From positions 111,168,001 through 111,232,000 of the forward strand of contig CM059432.1 of the NCBI GenBank assembly GCA_030390025.1: DNA of 64,000 nt, given 5' to 3'. The notes under the pieces are model-generated. The model was not told the DNA's origin, ran no database searches, and saw nothing but the letters and a program-made list of their open reading frames with translations. The DNA is from Squalus acanthias (lineage: Eukaryota). This document shows, in pieces, positions 12,520 through 25,857 of this stretch. Position numbers and translations under genes: made by a program. Position 1 is the first letter of the stretch. Every line of letters starts with the position of its first letter.

Positions 12520-12603
12520 AAAAAGCAAAAGAAAGAAAGACTTGCATTTATGTATCACCTCACAACCTCAAGACATCCCAAAGAGCTTTATGGTCAATGA
12601 AGT
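12520..12603 (-). mobile_element. 3' tail of a Deu-SINE split by RTE and CR1 insertions
   Basis: AAAGAAAGACTTGCATTT...CAATGAAGT; the SINE continues at 18153 (TGAAGTGTAGTCAC...), colinear with the copy at 11305. Confidence 0.7.
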
Positions 12604-13437
12604 CTTCTCCTTCTTAGGCAGTCCCTCGGAACCGAGGATGACTTGCTTCCACATTAAAAATGAGTTCTCAGGTGACTGATGAGTCCAATGTGGGACCTAC
12701 AGTCTCTGTCACAAGTGGGGCAGACGGTGGTTGAAGGGGCGGATGGGTGGGGTGCTTGGGTTGACGTGCGCTCCTTGCGCTGCCTGCGCTTGGCTTCCGC
12801 TTGCTCCCGGCGAAGAGACTCGAGGTGTTTGGCGCCTGCCCGGATGCTTCTCCTCCACTTTGTGCGGCCTTGGGCCAGGGATTCCCAGGTGTCGGTGGGG
12901 ATGTTACACTTTTTCAAGGAGGCTTTGAGGGTGTCCTTGAAGCGTTTCCTCTGCCCACCTGGGGCTCTCTTGCCGTGCCGGAGCTCTGAGTAGAGCACTT
13001 GTTTTGGGAGTCTCGTATTGGGCATGTGGACAATGTGATCCGTCCATCGGAGCTGATCGAGCGTGGTCAAAGCTTTGATGCTGGGGATGTTGGCCTGAGC
13101 GAGAACACTGACGTTGGTGCGCCTATCCTGCCAATGGATTTACAGGATCTTGCGGAGGCAGCGTTGGTGGTACCTCTCCAGTGCTTTGAGGTGCCTGCTG
13201 TACATGGTCCATGTCTCTGAGGCATACAGCAGGGCGGGCATCACTGCTGCTCTGTAGACCATGAGCTTAGTGCTGGGTTAGAAGCCCTGGTCTTCAAACA
13301 CTCTCTTCCTCAGGCGACCGAAGGCTGCATGGGCACACTGAAGACAGTGTTGGACTTCGTCATCGACGTCTGCCCTTGTTGACAGTAGGCTCCCGAGGTA
13401 TGGAAAGTGGTCCACTTTGTCCAAGGCCTTGTCGTAC
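12604..13437 (-). mobile_element. RTE-clade LINE 3' fragment
   Basis: ORF 12654-13070 QLRW..RLPKQVLYSEL..GGQRKRFKDTLK..CPTCDRDCRSHIGLISHLRTH; upstream VDHFPYLGS..AAFGRL. Confidence 0.88.
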
Positions 13438-13542
13438 ATAAGAACATAAGTACATAAGAACATAAGAAATAGGAGCAGGAATAGGCCACTTGGCCCCTCG
13501 AGCCTGCTCCGCCATTCAATAAGATCATGGCTGATCTTGGGC

Positions 13543-16350
13543 TCAAAGCCACTTCCCCGCCTGCTCCCCATAACCCTTCACTCCCTTATCTTGCAAAAAT
13601 TTGTCTATCTCCACCTTAAATGTATTTAATGACCCAGCCTCCACAGCTCTCTGGGGCAGAGAATTCCACAGATTTACAACCCTCTGAGAGAAGAAATTCC
13701 TCCTCATCTCAGTTCTAAAAGGGCGACCCTTTATTCTAAAACTGTGCCCCCGCGTTCTAGATTTCCCCACGAGGGGAAACATCCTCTCTGCATCTACCTT
13801 GTCATGCCCCCTCAGTATCTTATGTGTTTCAATAAGATCACCTCTCATTCTTCTAAATTCCAATGAGTATAGGCCCAGCCTGCTCAACCTTTCCTCACAA
13901 GTCATCTCTGGAATTAACCTAGTGAATCGTCTCTGAACTGCCTCCAATGCAAGTATATCCTTCCTTAAATAAAGAGACCAAAACTATACACAGTACTCAA
14001 GCTGTGGTCTCACCAATACCTTGTACAGTTGTAGCAGGACTTCCCTGCTTTTATACTCCAAACCCTTTGAAATAAAGGCCAACATTCCATTTGCCTTTTT
14101 GATTACTTTCTGTACTTGCATGCTAACTTTTTGTGTTTCATGCACAAGGACTCCCAGGTCCCTCTGAACTGTAGCATTTTGTAATCTCTCTCCATTTAAA
14201 TAATAATTTGCTTTTTTATTTTTCCTGCCAAAGTGTATAACCTCGCACATTCCCACATTATACTCCATCTGCCAAATGTTTGCCCATTCACTTAGCCTGT
14301 CTATATCCCTTTGCAGGTTCTTTGAGTCCTCTGCACAACTTGCTTTCCCACCCATCTTTGTATCATCCGCAAACTTGGCAACATTACACTCGGTCCCTTC
14401 ATCCAAGTCATTAATGTAGATTGTAAATAGTTGGGGTCCCAGCACCGATCCCTGTGGCACTCCACTAGTTACTGTTTGCCAACTGGAAAATGATCCATTT
14501 ATCCCGACTCTCTGCTTTCTGTTAGTTAGCCAATTCTCTATCCATGCTAATATATTACCCCCAATTCTGTGAGCTCTTATCTTATGCAGTAACCTTTTAT
14601 GTGGCACCTTATCGAATGCCTTCTGGAAATCTAAATACACCACATCTACTGGTTCACCTTTGTCCACCCTACTCGTTACCTCCTCAAAGAACTCCAGCAA
14701 GTCTGTTAAACATGATTTCCCTTTCATAAAACCATGCTGACTCTGCTTGACTGCATTATGATTTTCCAAATGCCCTGCTACTGCTTCCTTAATGAAGGAC
14801 TCCAGCATTTTCCCAACGACAGATGTTAGGCTAACTGGTCTATAGTTTCCTGCTTTCTGTCTCCCTCCTTTCTTAAATAGGGGTGTTACATTTGCAGTTT
14901 TCCAATCCGCTGGGACCTCTCCAGAGACCAGGGAATTTTGGTATATTGCAACCAATGTATCCACTATCTCTGCAGCCACTTCTTTTAAGACCCTGGGATG
15001 CAGGCCATCTTTTAGTCCCATTATTTTACCAAGTACTATTTCCTTAGTGATAGTGATTGACTTTAGTTCCCCCCTCCCTGTGGCCCCTTGCTTATCCATT
15101 ATTGGGATGTTGTTAGTGTCTTCTACCGTGAAGACAGATACAAAATATTTGTTCAGAGTCTCTGCCATTTCCCCGTCCCCCATTATTAATTCCCCAGTCT
15201 CATCTCTAAGGGACCAACATTTACTTTAGCTACCCTCTTCCTTTTTATATACCTGTAGAAGCTCTTACTATCTGTTTTAATGTTTCTTGCCAGTTTACTC
15301 TCATAATTCATCTTCTCTCTCTTTATTATTTTTTTAGTCATCCTTTGCTGGTTTTTAAAAATTTCCCAATCCTCTGGTTTCCCACCAATTTTGGCAACAT
15401 TGTATGCCTTTGTTTTCAATTTGATACCATCCTTTACTTCCTTAATTAGCCACGGATGGTGCTCCCTTCTCTTAAAATCTTTCTTTCTCACTGGAATATA
15501 TTTTTGTTGAGAGTTATGAAATATCTCCTTAAATGGCTGCCACTGCATTTCAACTGTCTTAGCCTTTAATTTATTTTTCCAGTCCACTTTAGCCAGTTCT
15601 GCCCTCATGCCACTGTAATTGCCTTTGTTTAAGATCAGGACACTGGTTTGAGATACAACTTTCTCACCCTCCAACTTAATTTGAAATTCAACCATGCTAT
15701 GATCACTCTTTCCTGGAGGATCCTTTATATGAGATCATTTATTAATTCTGTCTCATTACATAGTACCAGATCCAAGATAGCCTGCTCCCTGGTTGGTTCC
15801 ATTACATACTGTTCTAGGAAACCATCCCGGATGCACTCTATGAACTCCGCCTCAAGGCGACCATGGCCAATTTGATTTGTCCAATCAATATGGAGATTAA
15901 AATCACCCATGATTATTACCGTACCTTTTTTACGGGCCTCCATTATTTGTTGATTTATACTCTGTCCAACAGTATTGCTACTGTTCGGGGGCCTGTAGAC
16001 TCCGCCCACCAGAGACTTTTTCCCCTTATTATTTTTTATTTCTACCCAAACCGATTCTACATCTTGATCTTCTGAGCCAATATCACTTTTCACCACTGCA
16101 CTGATCCCATCCTTTACCAACAAAGCCACCCCACCTCCCTTTCCTTTCTGTCTATCCTTCCGAATTGTCAAATATCCTGGCACATTCAGTTCCCAGCCCT
16201 GATCACCTTGCAACCACGTCTCTGTAATGGCGATCAGATCATACCCATTTGTATCTATTTGTGCTGTCAACTCATCTATCTTGTTACCAATGCTGTGTGC
16301 ATTCAGATATAGAGCTTTTAACTTTGTCTTTTTACCATTCCTCCTTGTTT
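13543..16350 (-). pseudogene. CR1 ORF2 (APE endonuclease-reverse transcriptase), a few frameshifts and stops
   Basis: ORFs 15725-16462 (YLNAHSI, IAITETW, YRPP, MGDFN), 15186-15695, 13984-15183 ([29 protein letters not shown]) and 13543-13947. Confidence 0.93.
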
Positions 16351-16506
16351 TGGCCCCATTTTCTGTTGCACTCTTATTTTTAAACATTCTGTCCCTTCCT
16401 GTCACACTCTGGTTATTATTTCTCCCATCTCTATCCTGCTCTATTGCTTTCTCATTTCTCATTGACTTTTTAAATTCCCGCTCACCTGGATCCTCCCCCC
16501 CACTAT

Positions 16507-17460
16507 TTAGTTTAAAGCCCTCTCTACAGCCCTAGTTATTCGATTCGCCAGGACTCTAGCCCCAGCATGGTTCAAGTGAAGCCCGTCCAAACGGAACAGC
16601 TCCCTCTTATCCCAGTACTGCTGCCAGTGCCCCACAAATCGAAACTCATTTCTCCCACACCAGTCTTTGAGCCACTCGTTCATTTCTCTGATCTTATTTA
16701 CCCTATGCAAATTCGCTCATAGCTCAGGTAGTAATCCAAAAATTAATACCTTTGTGGTCCTGCTTTTTAATTTAGCCCCTAGCTGCTCATACTCTCTCAG
16801 CAGAACCTCTTTCTTTGTCCTACCTATGTCATTGGTGCCTACATGGACCATGACAACTGGATCCACCCCCTCCCACTCCAAGTTTCTCTCCAGCCGAGAG
16901 GCGATGTCCTTAACCCTGGCACCGGGTAGGCAACACAGCCTTCGGGACTCACGCTCTCGGCTTCAGAGAACAGTGTTTATCCCCCTAACTATACTATCCC
17001 CTATCACTACAACATTTCTTTTTACTCCCCCCATTTGAATGGCTCCCTGTACCATGGTGCTGTGGTCAGATTGCTCATCCTCCCTGCAGTCCCTGCCCTC
17101 ATCCACACAGGGAGCAAGAATCTCGTACCTGTTAGACAAGGCCAAGGGCTGAGGCTCCTCCATCACTACCTCCTGGATCCCAATACCTGGCTCGCTTGTA
17201 GTCACACCCTCCTGTCCCTGACCATGGGCAAATTGGAAGTAATTACTCTTGTGGGTGTAACTGCCTCCTGGAACTTAGTGTCCAGGTAACGCTCCCCCTC
17301 CCTAATGTGTCGCAGTGTCTGAATCTCGGACTCCAGCTCATCAACTCTGAGCCGAAGTTCCTCGAGCAACCAACATTTGCTGCAGATGTGGTCGCCTTGG
17401 ACCTCAATGGTGTCCACCAGCTCCCACATGCAACAACAACACATTGCCTGGTCTCCAATC
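16507..17460 (-). pseudogene. CR1 ORF1 (zinc finger/leucine zipper plus SGNH esterase), disrupted
   Basis: CCCCMWE..HICSKC..LEELRLRVDELE; VVVIGDSIVRG; DGLHLNHAG. Confidence 0.88.
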
Positions 17461-17667
17461 TCAATTAATTAATTCAGTTTTAAAATTTGGAACACGTATA
17501 CCTTTTAATCTACACCAAGGCACTTAAATTTAGATGCCCAAGTTTGGAAAAAAAAAGTGAGAAATATAGAAATACTCACCAACCAATCACTTACCTGCTT
17601 TCTGGTGATGTCACACTTCGATTACTTTTTACTTCTTTACACTCACCGGTCTGTTGTAGCCGCTCAC

Positions 17668-18150
17668 CTGGGCTCCCGCTGTTTTAGTAGCTCCGAACTC
17701 TCGCTCTCTCCTGGGCTCTGACTGCTTTAGTAGCTCCGAACTCTCGCTCTCTCCTGGGCTCTGACTGTTTTAGTAGCTCCGAACTCTCGCTCTCTCCTGG
17801 GCTCTGACTGCTTTAGTAGCTCTGAACTCTCGCTCTCCTGGGCTCCCGCTGTTTTAGTAGCTCCGAACTCTCGCTCTCTCCTGGGCTCCCGCTGTTTTAG
17901 TAGCTCCGAACTCTCGCTCTCTCCTGGGCTCCCACTGTTTTAGTAGCTCCGAACTCTCGCTCTCTCCTGGGCTCCCGCTGTTTTTGTAGCTCCGAACTCT
18001 CGCTCTCTCCTGGGCTCCCGCTGTTTTAGTAGCTCCGAACTCTCGCTCTCTCCTGGGCTCCCGCTGTTTTAGTAGCTCCGAACTCTCGCTCTCTCCTGGG
18101 CTCCTACTGTTTTAGTAGCGTTGAATTCTCACTCTCTCCTGGGCTCCCGC
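17668..18150 (-). repeat. 43-bp tandem monomers, about 11 copies, forming the CR1 5' UTR
   Basis: GTTTTAGTAGCTCCGAACTCTCGCTCTCTCCTGGGCTCCCGCT with period 43 (17681, 17724...). Confidence 0.92.
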
Positions 18151-18152
18151 TG

Positions 18153-18525
18153 TACCATTGAAGTGTAGTCACTATTGTAATGTAGGAAACGCGGCAGCTG
18201 GTTTGCACACAGCAAGCTCCCACAAACAGCAATGAGTTAATGACTAGATAATCTGTTTTTCATATTGGTTGAGGGATAACTGTTGGCCAAGACACTGGGA
18301 GATTTCCCCTGCTCTTCTTTGAATACTGTCATGGGATCTTTTACGTACACCTGAGAGGGCAGATGGACCTCGGTTTTAACATCTCATCCAAAAGACGGCA
18401 TCTCCGACCGTGCAACACTGAACTATCGGCCTTGGTGATGTGCTCTTGTCTCTGATGTGGGGCATAAGCCCACATTTTTCTGATGCAGAGGTGAGAATGC
18501 TACCACACTGAACCAAGGGTGGCAT
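18153..18525 (-). mobile_element. Remainder of the split Deu-SINE
   Basis: TGAAGTGTAGTCACTATTGTAATGTAGGAAAC...AAAGACGGCATCTCCGAC, matching 11366-11710. Confidence 0.78.
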
Positions 18526-19170
18526 CAGAGTGAGTCCCAATTCCCCAAACCTTTAATAGTCTGTATCCTTACTTTGAAATTGCGGTAAGCTTCTGGTAAA
18601 ATGTTCGGATAAAGGAACCGAAAACTAATTTTGGTAATTGCTTCTGGTACTGTTTTTTTTTATGCCCCAATAAAATCCCAATTCCAGTCTTCAAAGTGGC
18701 AAAGTCCCACAGCCAATCTTGCCATTAATTACAAATATCAAAAATGTATTAAATAATGAACCAGTAAACCATTTTAGCAGTGATAGAATAAAGTTATATA
18801 TTTGCAGCAGGATGTCTTTATCTAACTCATCACATAGGAAAAAGGATAAAAAGATTGCAGTTCTAAGAACTAGGAGGTTAAGTTGGCTAACCCCAAAAAC
18901 GAGCGTGGGGACTGCGATACGCGATTAACCTGCACCCGTTCATTGCGGTGCAGGCAGACGTTAAATTTGTGCTGTTTTAATCGATTGCTGTGTGCAGCCA
19001 GCGTTACCCATGCTGTTCATTGGCTGCATGCATCAGCAGGGGGCCCGATATCACAAGTGGCTAGCGCTACTTAAAGGCAGCCGGCACCTCTGAAATGGGA
19101 GGTGAATTGTGGCTGCAAGAAGTGGTGGGAGTTTTTTCAAAAGTCAATCTGTGCTGTGATACTTTGAGCA

Positions 19171-21015
19171 ATGGCTGAGCATGTGGAACAGCGTGCACCA
19201 AGGTTCTCAGACACTGCACTGGAGGTCTTGGTGGAAGAGGTATAAAGAAGGATCGACGTCCTGTATCCACAGGGGGGCAGGAGGCCCTCCAGACACATGC
19301 TCAGGAGGCAGTGGGAACAAGTAGGTCAATGCCAGGAGTGTTGCTCCAAGAACATGGGTACAGTGCAGAAAATGTTTAACGATCTCACACGAGTTGTCAA
19401 GGTGAGTGAGTTCACCTTCAAATGCCGTATCCTACCAACTGCATCACTAGTCTCATCCACTGATCAATTCACCACAACCCCATCACCCAGCTACAAACAA
19501 TCTCTATCAATCAGTACTCAACGCTTCAATTCATATGCTTCACCTCACCCTCACACACTTCGCACTGCTGAAAGCCTCACACCTACATCTCACAGCTCGC
19601 ACACACTGCCAGCTATTCAACCATGACAGCCACATCACCCAAACATATTGCACGACACTCACTGACACACTTCCCTCTTTCTTGCAGGAGAAAGGTGGTG
19701 CATAACAACAGGCAGCAGGAAAGAACAGGAGGAGGACAAGCACACCTGCAAGTTTTAACTCCCATGGAGGAGACAGCGCTGGCCGTCATGGGAAGGGGCA
19801 TCACTGAGGCCGTGGCAAATGGCGGGGCTGAAGCGATCGATGATGAGGGTATCTACATACCTAATCCTCCTTCTCTCATCCACATCTCCCTCATCCCACA
19901 TCTTCTGACTCACAAGCTGCAGATGGTGTAAGCACACACTTCTTACTTTCTCCTCTCCCCTCACCACAATCCAAGCCTTGTCTCTTTTTCATTTCAGATA
20001 CCCAAGAACTGGAACCTTCCCAGTCAGAGGAAGAAGACAGTGAAGATGAAGAGACACCATCACTCGATCTTACACTCGCAGCCAGTAGCTCAGAGACTGA
20101 CACTGTGCGTATTTTAGAGGCTAGGATAGAGGAGGGATCTGCATGTGGTGAAACACCGGGCACAAGTGCCCAGGAGCCAGGGCAGGGGGAAAGGATAGCG
20201 CAGGTGCCAGCTCACTGGAGGGCGAGATCGCACACTGATTCCGGTGCAGGGGAGTCAGATGAGGACTTTGATGGGCCAGGCTACAGAAGAAGGCTGATGA
20301 GTGTACATAACCAAATACTTGGTGCACTAGAAAGCCTACCAGAAAACCTGTACTCAATGTCAAGGAGCATGGAGGAGTACAGCCCCAACTTGGCACAGGC
20401 CCTTGTACAGATCTTGGAGCCCATCCTTTCCAACATGGAATGGGTGGTCACCTCCATCAGCAAACCTGTGGAACCCACCATGATGCAGCGTCTGATGGCC
20501 ACTGTCACAGCACAAGCAGCTTCCATCAAAGGTCTGAGTGCTGTAAATGAAGCTCAGATTGCTGCCATTGTGGTTTCGGATACCACTGTTCAAAGGGACT
20601 TCCAGGGCGTCACAGCAGTCCATCAATCTATTCTCCAACAGATCAATAGGATTGCTGAGGCGCCGCCCCGGGAGAGTGGCAGTGGCTCCATGGAGCACAA
20701 ACCTGCTTTCCTCTCTCAGGATGACAGCATTCCTGCTCCCACCCCTGCCACTCTGCCAATGCCCTTACTGTTGCCTGTCAGCCAGCCAGCCCAGACTGCT
20801 GCCGCCCAGGCTGAGATGGTGCAGTCTGAAGCCGGGCCTTCTAGGCCCAGAGCTGCTCGAGGTTGCCCTCCAAGGCCATCTGCAGTCTTCTCAAATGGAG
20901 GTCAGCAGCCTTCCACCACCCATGCTGCAGCCACTGGGGAAGCACCTCATTGGAGCACAAGGAGAGGCAAAGGCATATGGAAGAGAGGCAGTAAGGGAAT
21001 GCACAAGAGTGATTT
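19171..21015 (+). pseudogene. Harbinger Myb/SANT-like gene, three exons (19171-19401, 19688-19848, 19998 to about 21015); element end near 18875
   Basis: MAEHVEQRAPRFSDTALEVLVEEV*..RRQWEQV..KMFNDL; donor AAG|GTGAGT, acceptor TTCTTGCAG, donor G|GTATCT, acceptor TTTCATTTCAG. Exon 3 is in frame with ORF 20105-21091. Stop codon in exon 1. Confidence 0.85.
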
Positions 21016-21149
21016 TATTTATAAATTCGAATTGGAATGTGCATTTTCTGGTGGTTTTTATTTTTGTGTTGTTGGAGAGAGCATGATGTGATGGTCAATG
21101 ATAGAGGAAAGGTAAGGAGCGTGGGTCTGTTGGTGAATGGGGAGATGTG

Positions 21150-21385
21150 GTTAAGGTTACTGGTATCACTCACGAATTATTTGATCACATAGAGCCTGGG
21201 CAGAAAGGGGCTGTCTACGTTGTAGCCTCACTTTCTCTTCCTGTTCTTCCACTTCCTGTTGCACTTCCTCCTCCTCCTCCTCTTCCTCGTACTCCTGCTC
21301 CCCTCACTTCTCGCCTGATAGGTGGTGGAAAGGACTGTTCCCTCATAAAGGCCAGGTTGTGACACATGCAGCGAAGGAGTCGGGA
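21150..21385 (-). pseudogene. 3' end of Harbinger transposase
   Basis: RCMCHNLAFMREQSFPPPIRR followed by a GAG-rich acidic tail. Confidence 0.7.
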
Positions 21386-22939
21386 ATAGATGTGCGTTAC
21401 TGGAAACTGTATTCTATTCATTCATATATTTCATGCAAGATAAACCAATTTGTTGGTTCACAATTAGCCTTTTCTTACTCAAATACATTTCTGTTGACCT
21501 TCTGCGAAGACAGGAGAATGCACATGGCAGCACACGTGAACCATAGCATCCAGTGCACAAGGCAAGGGGCCTATTATTATGATCCCCGGGTCACACTATC
21601 ATTTTATTAGATATTGGGCAATAAAAGTACACTCCACATTGTAAGGAACATTAGGTTTGCTCATAGGTAATGTTGAACACAAGAGAAAATCTAGTTTAGA
21701 CTAGTGAAATTTGTAAGAGTGCTTGGTACTGACACTGGGTGCCTGAAAAGCAAAGTGTTCTACTCCCCGGCATCAATATTCATCAGCTTGATGAGCATGG
21801 TGGGAGTGTGCTGGAACGGCTGCAGATTTTCAAGGCCTTTATATTAACACTCAGCTAAAGGGGAAGCTGTACGTCTGTGGTTTCAGGTTAGACCACATTG
21901 ATATTCAGTGATATTAACTGAGATTGATTCAAACTGAACTGTGCCACTGTAGATAGACTGCTTGCTCATCCTTTACAAATCCCGACCTACTGATGCCAGT
22001 TTTACCCGAGCTGTGAAGCAAAATATCTTGTCAGCTTTATGATAACAGGCTGATGAGAACCATGGCCCATTTTCTGCTTCACTGTACAACAGAGCATGTC
22101 CATCAGACTGTAATTTCAGATTATTTGACACAAGTACTCCAGGGAGTAAACACTGATGGCGGTGACGTTCTCTTTGAATCAATAGATTCCAGTTGCTCCC
22201 CCATGAAAATCGGATATTTGTCTCTTCTTTGCTGATTGATGCCGATTATGCTTCAGCAGCTGAGGGTGAGGCAGAAGCAGTATTATTCTTATTTCAAATG
22301 GGATGAGGTTGTAAAACATGGAATGGGTCATGAAACATAACTTGAAATAACACAGCATGAAGCAGAAAGTCAGGGAGCATGGCTGCTATACTTTGGCATT
22401 TTTACTTTTCTTGGGTTCAACGTTTCAGGCCTCATGGACAGAGTGTGCCTTTACCTACCCGACCATTTGTACTGAACCCAGGCATCGAACAAAATACCCT
22501 TGTTGTTATATTTCAGCATCCTGGTTATAAGACATGCCCTCACAGTTGGAAAGCAGTCGAATAAACAATTCACTGGACCGTAAATGGATAAGTTAACAGA
22601 AACATCAACACTTATTGGATTTACAGCAGTTACAGGCTTAACTATCCCTCCTCAGAAGATAGAAGATGCCAACAGTTGTGTGTGCTGTGTTAAAACTACA
22701 ATGTAAACTGGGCCAGATGTAAGGGCCCTGAATACTATCATTTACATAGTTGTTTGTTGCTGACTGTCCAACAGAGTCTTCATGGCCCACCTATTGCTCT
22801 CTGAAAGCTTCACACAGACTACACAATTTGATCAAGATTATCTGACAAATGCTTTTCAAAGCAATTGAGAACAAAGGAGATTTAAATATATGTCTCCAAA
22901 CTTAGAAAAGGCACTGAAATATATATTCAAACAAAAGCC

Positions 22940-23281
22940 ACGAGATATCTGTGTTTGAAGAATAGATAGAAAGGATGTGCTAAATAGGTTGGCATCACAC
23001 AAAGTTAACATGTCACCTGGTCCAGATGGGATGCATCCTAGGATGCTGAGGGAAGCGAGGATGGAGATAGCAGAAGCTCTGACCACAATCTTTCAATCCT
23101 CCTTGGATATTGAAGTGGTGCCAGAGGACTGGCTACACCCCTGTTCAAAAAAGGGGAGAGGGTTAAACCTGGCAACTACAGGCCAATCAGTCTAATATCA
23201 GCACTGAAAAAACTACTAGAGACCATTGTCAAAGATAAAACTAATTCTCACTTGGAGAAGCACAGGTTAGTAAGAGACAGC
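22940..23281 (+). mobile_element. CR1 fragment, left half (continues at 36870)
   Basis: SPGPDGMHPRMLRE..IFQSSL..PEDW..GNYRPISL..HLEKHRLVRDS. Confidence 0.88.
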
Positions 23282-23709
23282 AGCCGTGAAATTCGGCAGC
23301 TTAGCGCCAGCAGTTAAGGCTGATTTGCAGAAAGAAATGCCGGCCGCCTTCCTTCTGCCCACTGGTGGCGCAGCCCATGCTGTTCCCCACCTTGGTGAGG
23401 GCGATAGCGCAGGTGGAACGTGCGTGCGCTGCCAATATGCAGAGTAGGTAGATCGTGACCCCAGTTGGCATGTAACGTGCATTCAGCTGCACGAGGGACC
23501 CTCCACCAGCACTATTTAAAGTGATACATCCAACTTGCAGGTAAGTTGATTATTGCTCTTGTACTGGCTCTTGCAGAGTTTGTATGAATACTGACTTGCT
23601 GGAAGACATTTATAAAGTTGTTAAAGTGCACAGGGAGTGCTGCTGCTGGATGTTGGGAAGGTGTTGGCTGCTACTGGAAGGCCTCTGACTACATCACTTG
23701 CTCCCAGTC

Positions 23710-24774
23710 ATGGGGGCTCAGTTGCAGTCCTCCTCACGCAGCAGCTTGACAGGGAGATGGAGCAGAGGCAGCAAAGACAAGCTGTTCGCAGAGGGATGAG
23801 GAGTAAGAGCGCTCGCAGCACGAGGCCTTACCCACCTAGGGTATTCAGGGAGTTCTTCTCCGACCTGCACCTAAGCCAGGAGCAGTGAGTTCAGAGGCTC
23901 TGCTTCACCAAGGAGATGGTCACAGAACTCTGCCACCTCCTGGAACCAGACCTGCAGCCTCAGGGCAGGGCGACGACGGTGCTGCCAGTGGCCCGCAAGG
24001 TGTCTGTGGCCCTGAATTTTTTTGCCAGCGGATCATTCCAGGCTGGAACAGGCGGCAAAGCAAACATTTTGTAATTCGCCGTCCATCGCTGCACCCAGGA
24101 GGTCACAGAGGCTCTGTGCCCCGGGAGAGGGGCCTTCACTGTCTTCTCTCTAAACATAAAGAAGTAGGAGGAGCACGCATGTGGCTTTGCCAAGATATTG
24201 GGCTTCCCCATGGTGCAGGGCGCTATCGACTGCACACACGTGGCTTTATTGTGCAGTTATTGTACAACCACGTCCAGCACATCATGCTGGTGAATGCCCG
24301 CTATCCTGGCAACAATCACGATGCCTTTATCCTGCGCTAGTCCGCTGTGCCAGCAATCTTCCAGCCACCACATCGAACCCGAGGGTGACTGCTAAGTAAC
24401 AAGGGCTATCTGCTCTACACCTGGCTGATGACTCCTTGCCACAACCCCACCACTCGTGGCCAGCACTCATATAATGACAGCCATGCTGGAACGTCATCGA
24501 GCAGACCATCGGGGTGCTGCAGCAACGGTCTGCTGCCTTGACCACTTGGGAGGAGCCCTCCAGTACTCACTGAAGTGGGCGTCCCAATTCGTGGTGGTCT
24601 GCTGCATCCTCCACAACTTGGCCATCATGAGGGCGCAGCCCTTGCCACCACGGGTTCCGCGATCACCTCAGAAGGAGGAGGAGGAGGCGAAGGAGGAAGA
24701 GGAGGAGGCAGCCTGCAAATTCACGTTTCGGATGGGCTGTCCGTGAGCACATCATCAAACTCCGTTTCCCCTGA
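23710..24774 (+). pseudogene. Degenerate Harbinger transposase
   Basis: RPYPPRVFRE; LPVARKVSVALNFFASGSFQ; GFPMVQGAIDCTHVA; VNARYPGNNHDAFIL; VVCCILHNLAIMR; acidic tail. Confidence 0.9.
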
Positions 24775-24949
24775 ATGAAACCCCATATCCCCGTTGCTCA
24801 ACACTTCCGCACCTTACCATCCCTCTGTCATGGAACATCACAGCTTCCTCTTGGGCACAATGCTGAAATGAAAGACACCACAAAACAAACATTCCAAATA
24901 TAATTTATAAATGATTAATTCCAATATTACATTACAAAGTTAACTAATC

Positions 24950-25857
24950 ACTCTTGTGCATCAATTAGTGTCTGTCTTTTGTGTGCCTTTGCCTGTTCTA
25001 GTGTTCCTACAAAGTGCTATCCCAGTGGCTGCAGCATAGCTGGTGGAAGGCTGCTGACTTTCCATGGAGATGGCCTTGAGTAGTTCTGGGCCTAGTAGGC
25101 CCAGCTGTAGACTGCACCAACTCGGCATGGTCGGCAGCAGTCTGGGCTGGCTGGCTGACAGGCAACAGCAAGGGCAGTGGTGGAGTGGCAGTGGTGGGAG
25201 GAAGAATAGTCATCCTGAGAGAGGACAGTAGGTTCCTGCTCCACGGAGCCACTGCCACTCCCCCGGGTGGCGCCTCAGCAATCCTAGTAATCTGTTGGAG
25301 GACAGAATGCTGGACTGCTGTGACACCCTGCAAGCCCCTTTCAACATTGGTAAACCCAGCGACGATGGCAGCAGTCTCAGCTTGCGTGACAGCAAGCTCA
25401 GCCTGCATATCAGAAGTCTGCGCTTCCACTGCAGCACTCAGACGTTGGGTTGCTTTTGCTTGTGCTGCAGTGGAAGCTGCAACATTGCCCATCACACCCA
25501 GCACCATGCATGGGTCCACAAGTGTTCTAATGGAATAAAAACAGAAAATGCTGGAAATACTCAGCAGGTCAGGCAGTATCTGTGGAGAGAGAAACAGAGT
25601 TAACATTCCAGCTCGATCACCTTTGTCATCAACCTGTTGACTCTGTTTCTCTCTCCACAGATGCTGCCTGACCTGCTGAGTATTTCCAGCAAATTCTATC
25701 TTTATTTCAGATTTCCAGCATCTGCAGTATTTTCTTTTGTATTATTGCACTAATGGAGTTGCCCACCACTTCCATCCTGGAAATCATAGGCTCCAAACTC
25801 TGCGCAAAGCTCTGTGCAATGTTGGAGCCGGACTCTTCCATGCTCCCTGACACTGAC
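24950..25857 (-). pseudogene. 3' part of Harbinger Myb-type ORF
   Basis: ORF 25007-25606 AASTAAQA..VERGLQGVTAVQHSVLQQITRIAEAPP, homologous to 35065-35484. Confidence 0.85.
25533..25745. mobile_element. Palindromic short insert derived from a Penelope-like element terminus
   Basis: ACAGAAAATGCTGGAAATACTCAGCAGGTCAGGCAG followed by its inverted copy; host CTAATGGA is repeated on both sides. Confidence 0.75.

Larger units (their letters stand above)
13438..18150 (-). mobile_element. Essentially full-length CR1 LINE (5' UTR repeats, ORF1, ORF2, AACATAAG tail)
   Basis: Colinear ORF1 and EN-RT ORF2 fragments; GTAC on both sides (possible short TSD). Confidence 0.95.

Noticed and set aside
21400..22940. 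Host exons in unique-looking DNA
   Set aside because: Only short ORFs, with no coherent acceptor-frame-donor set or recognisable peptide.
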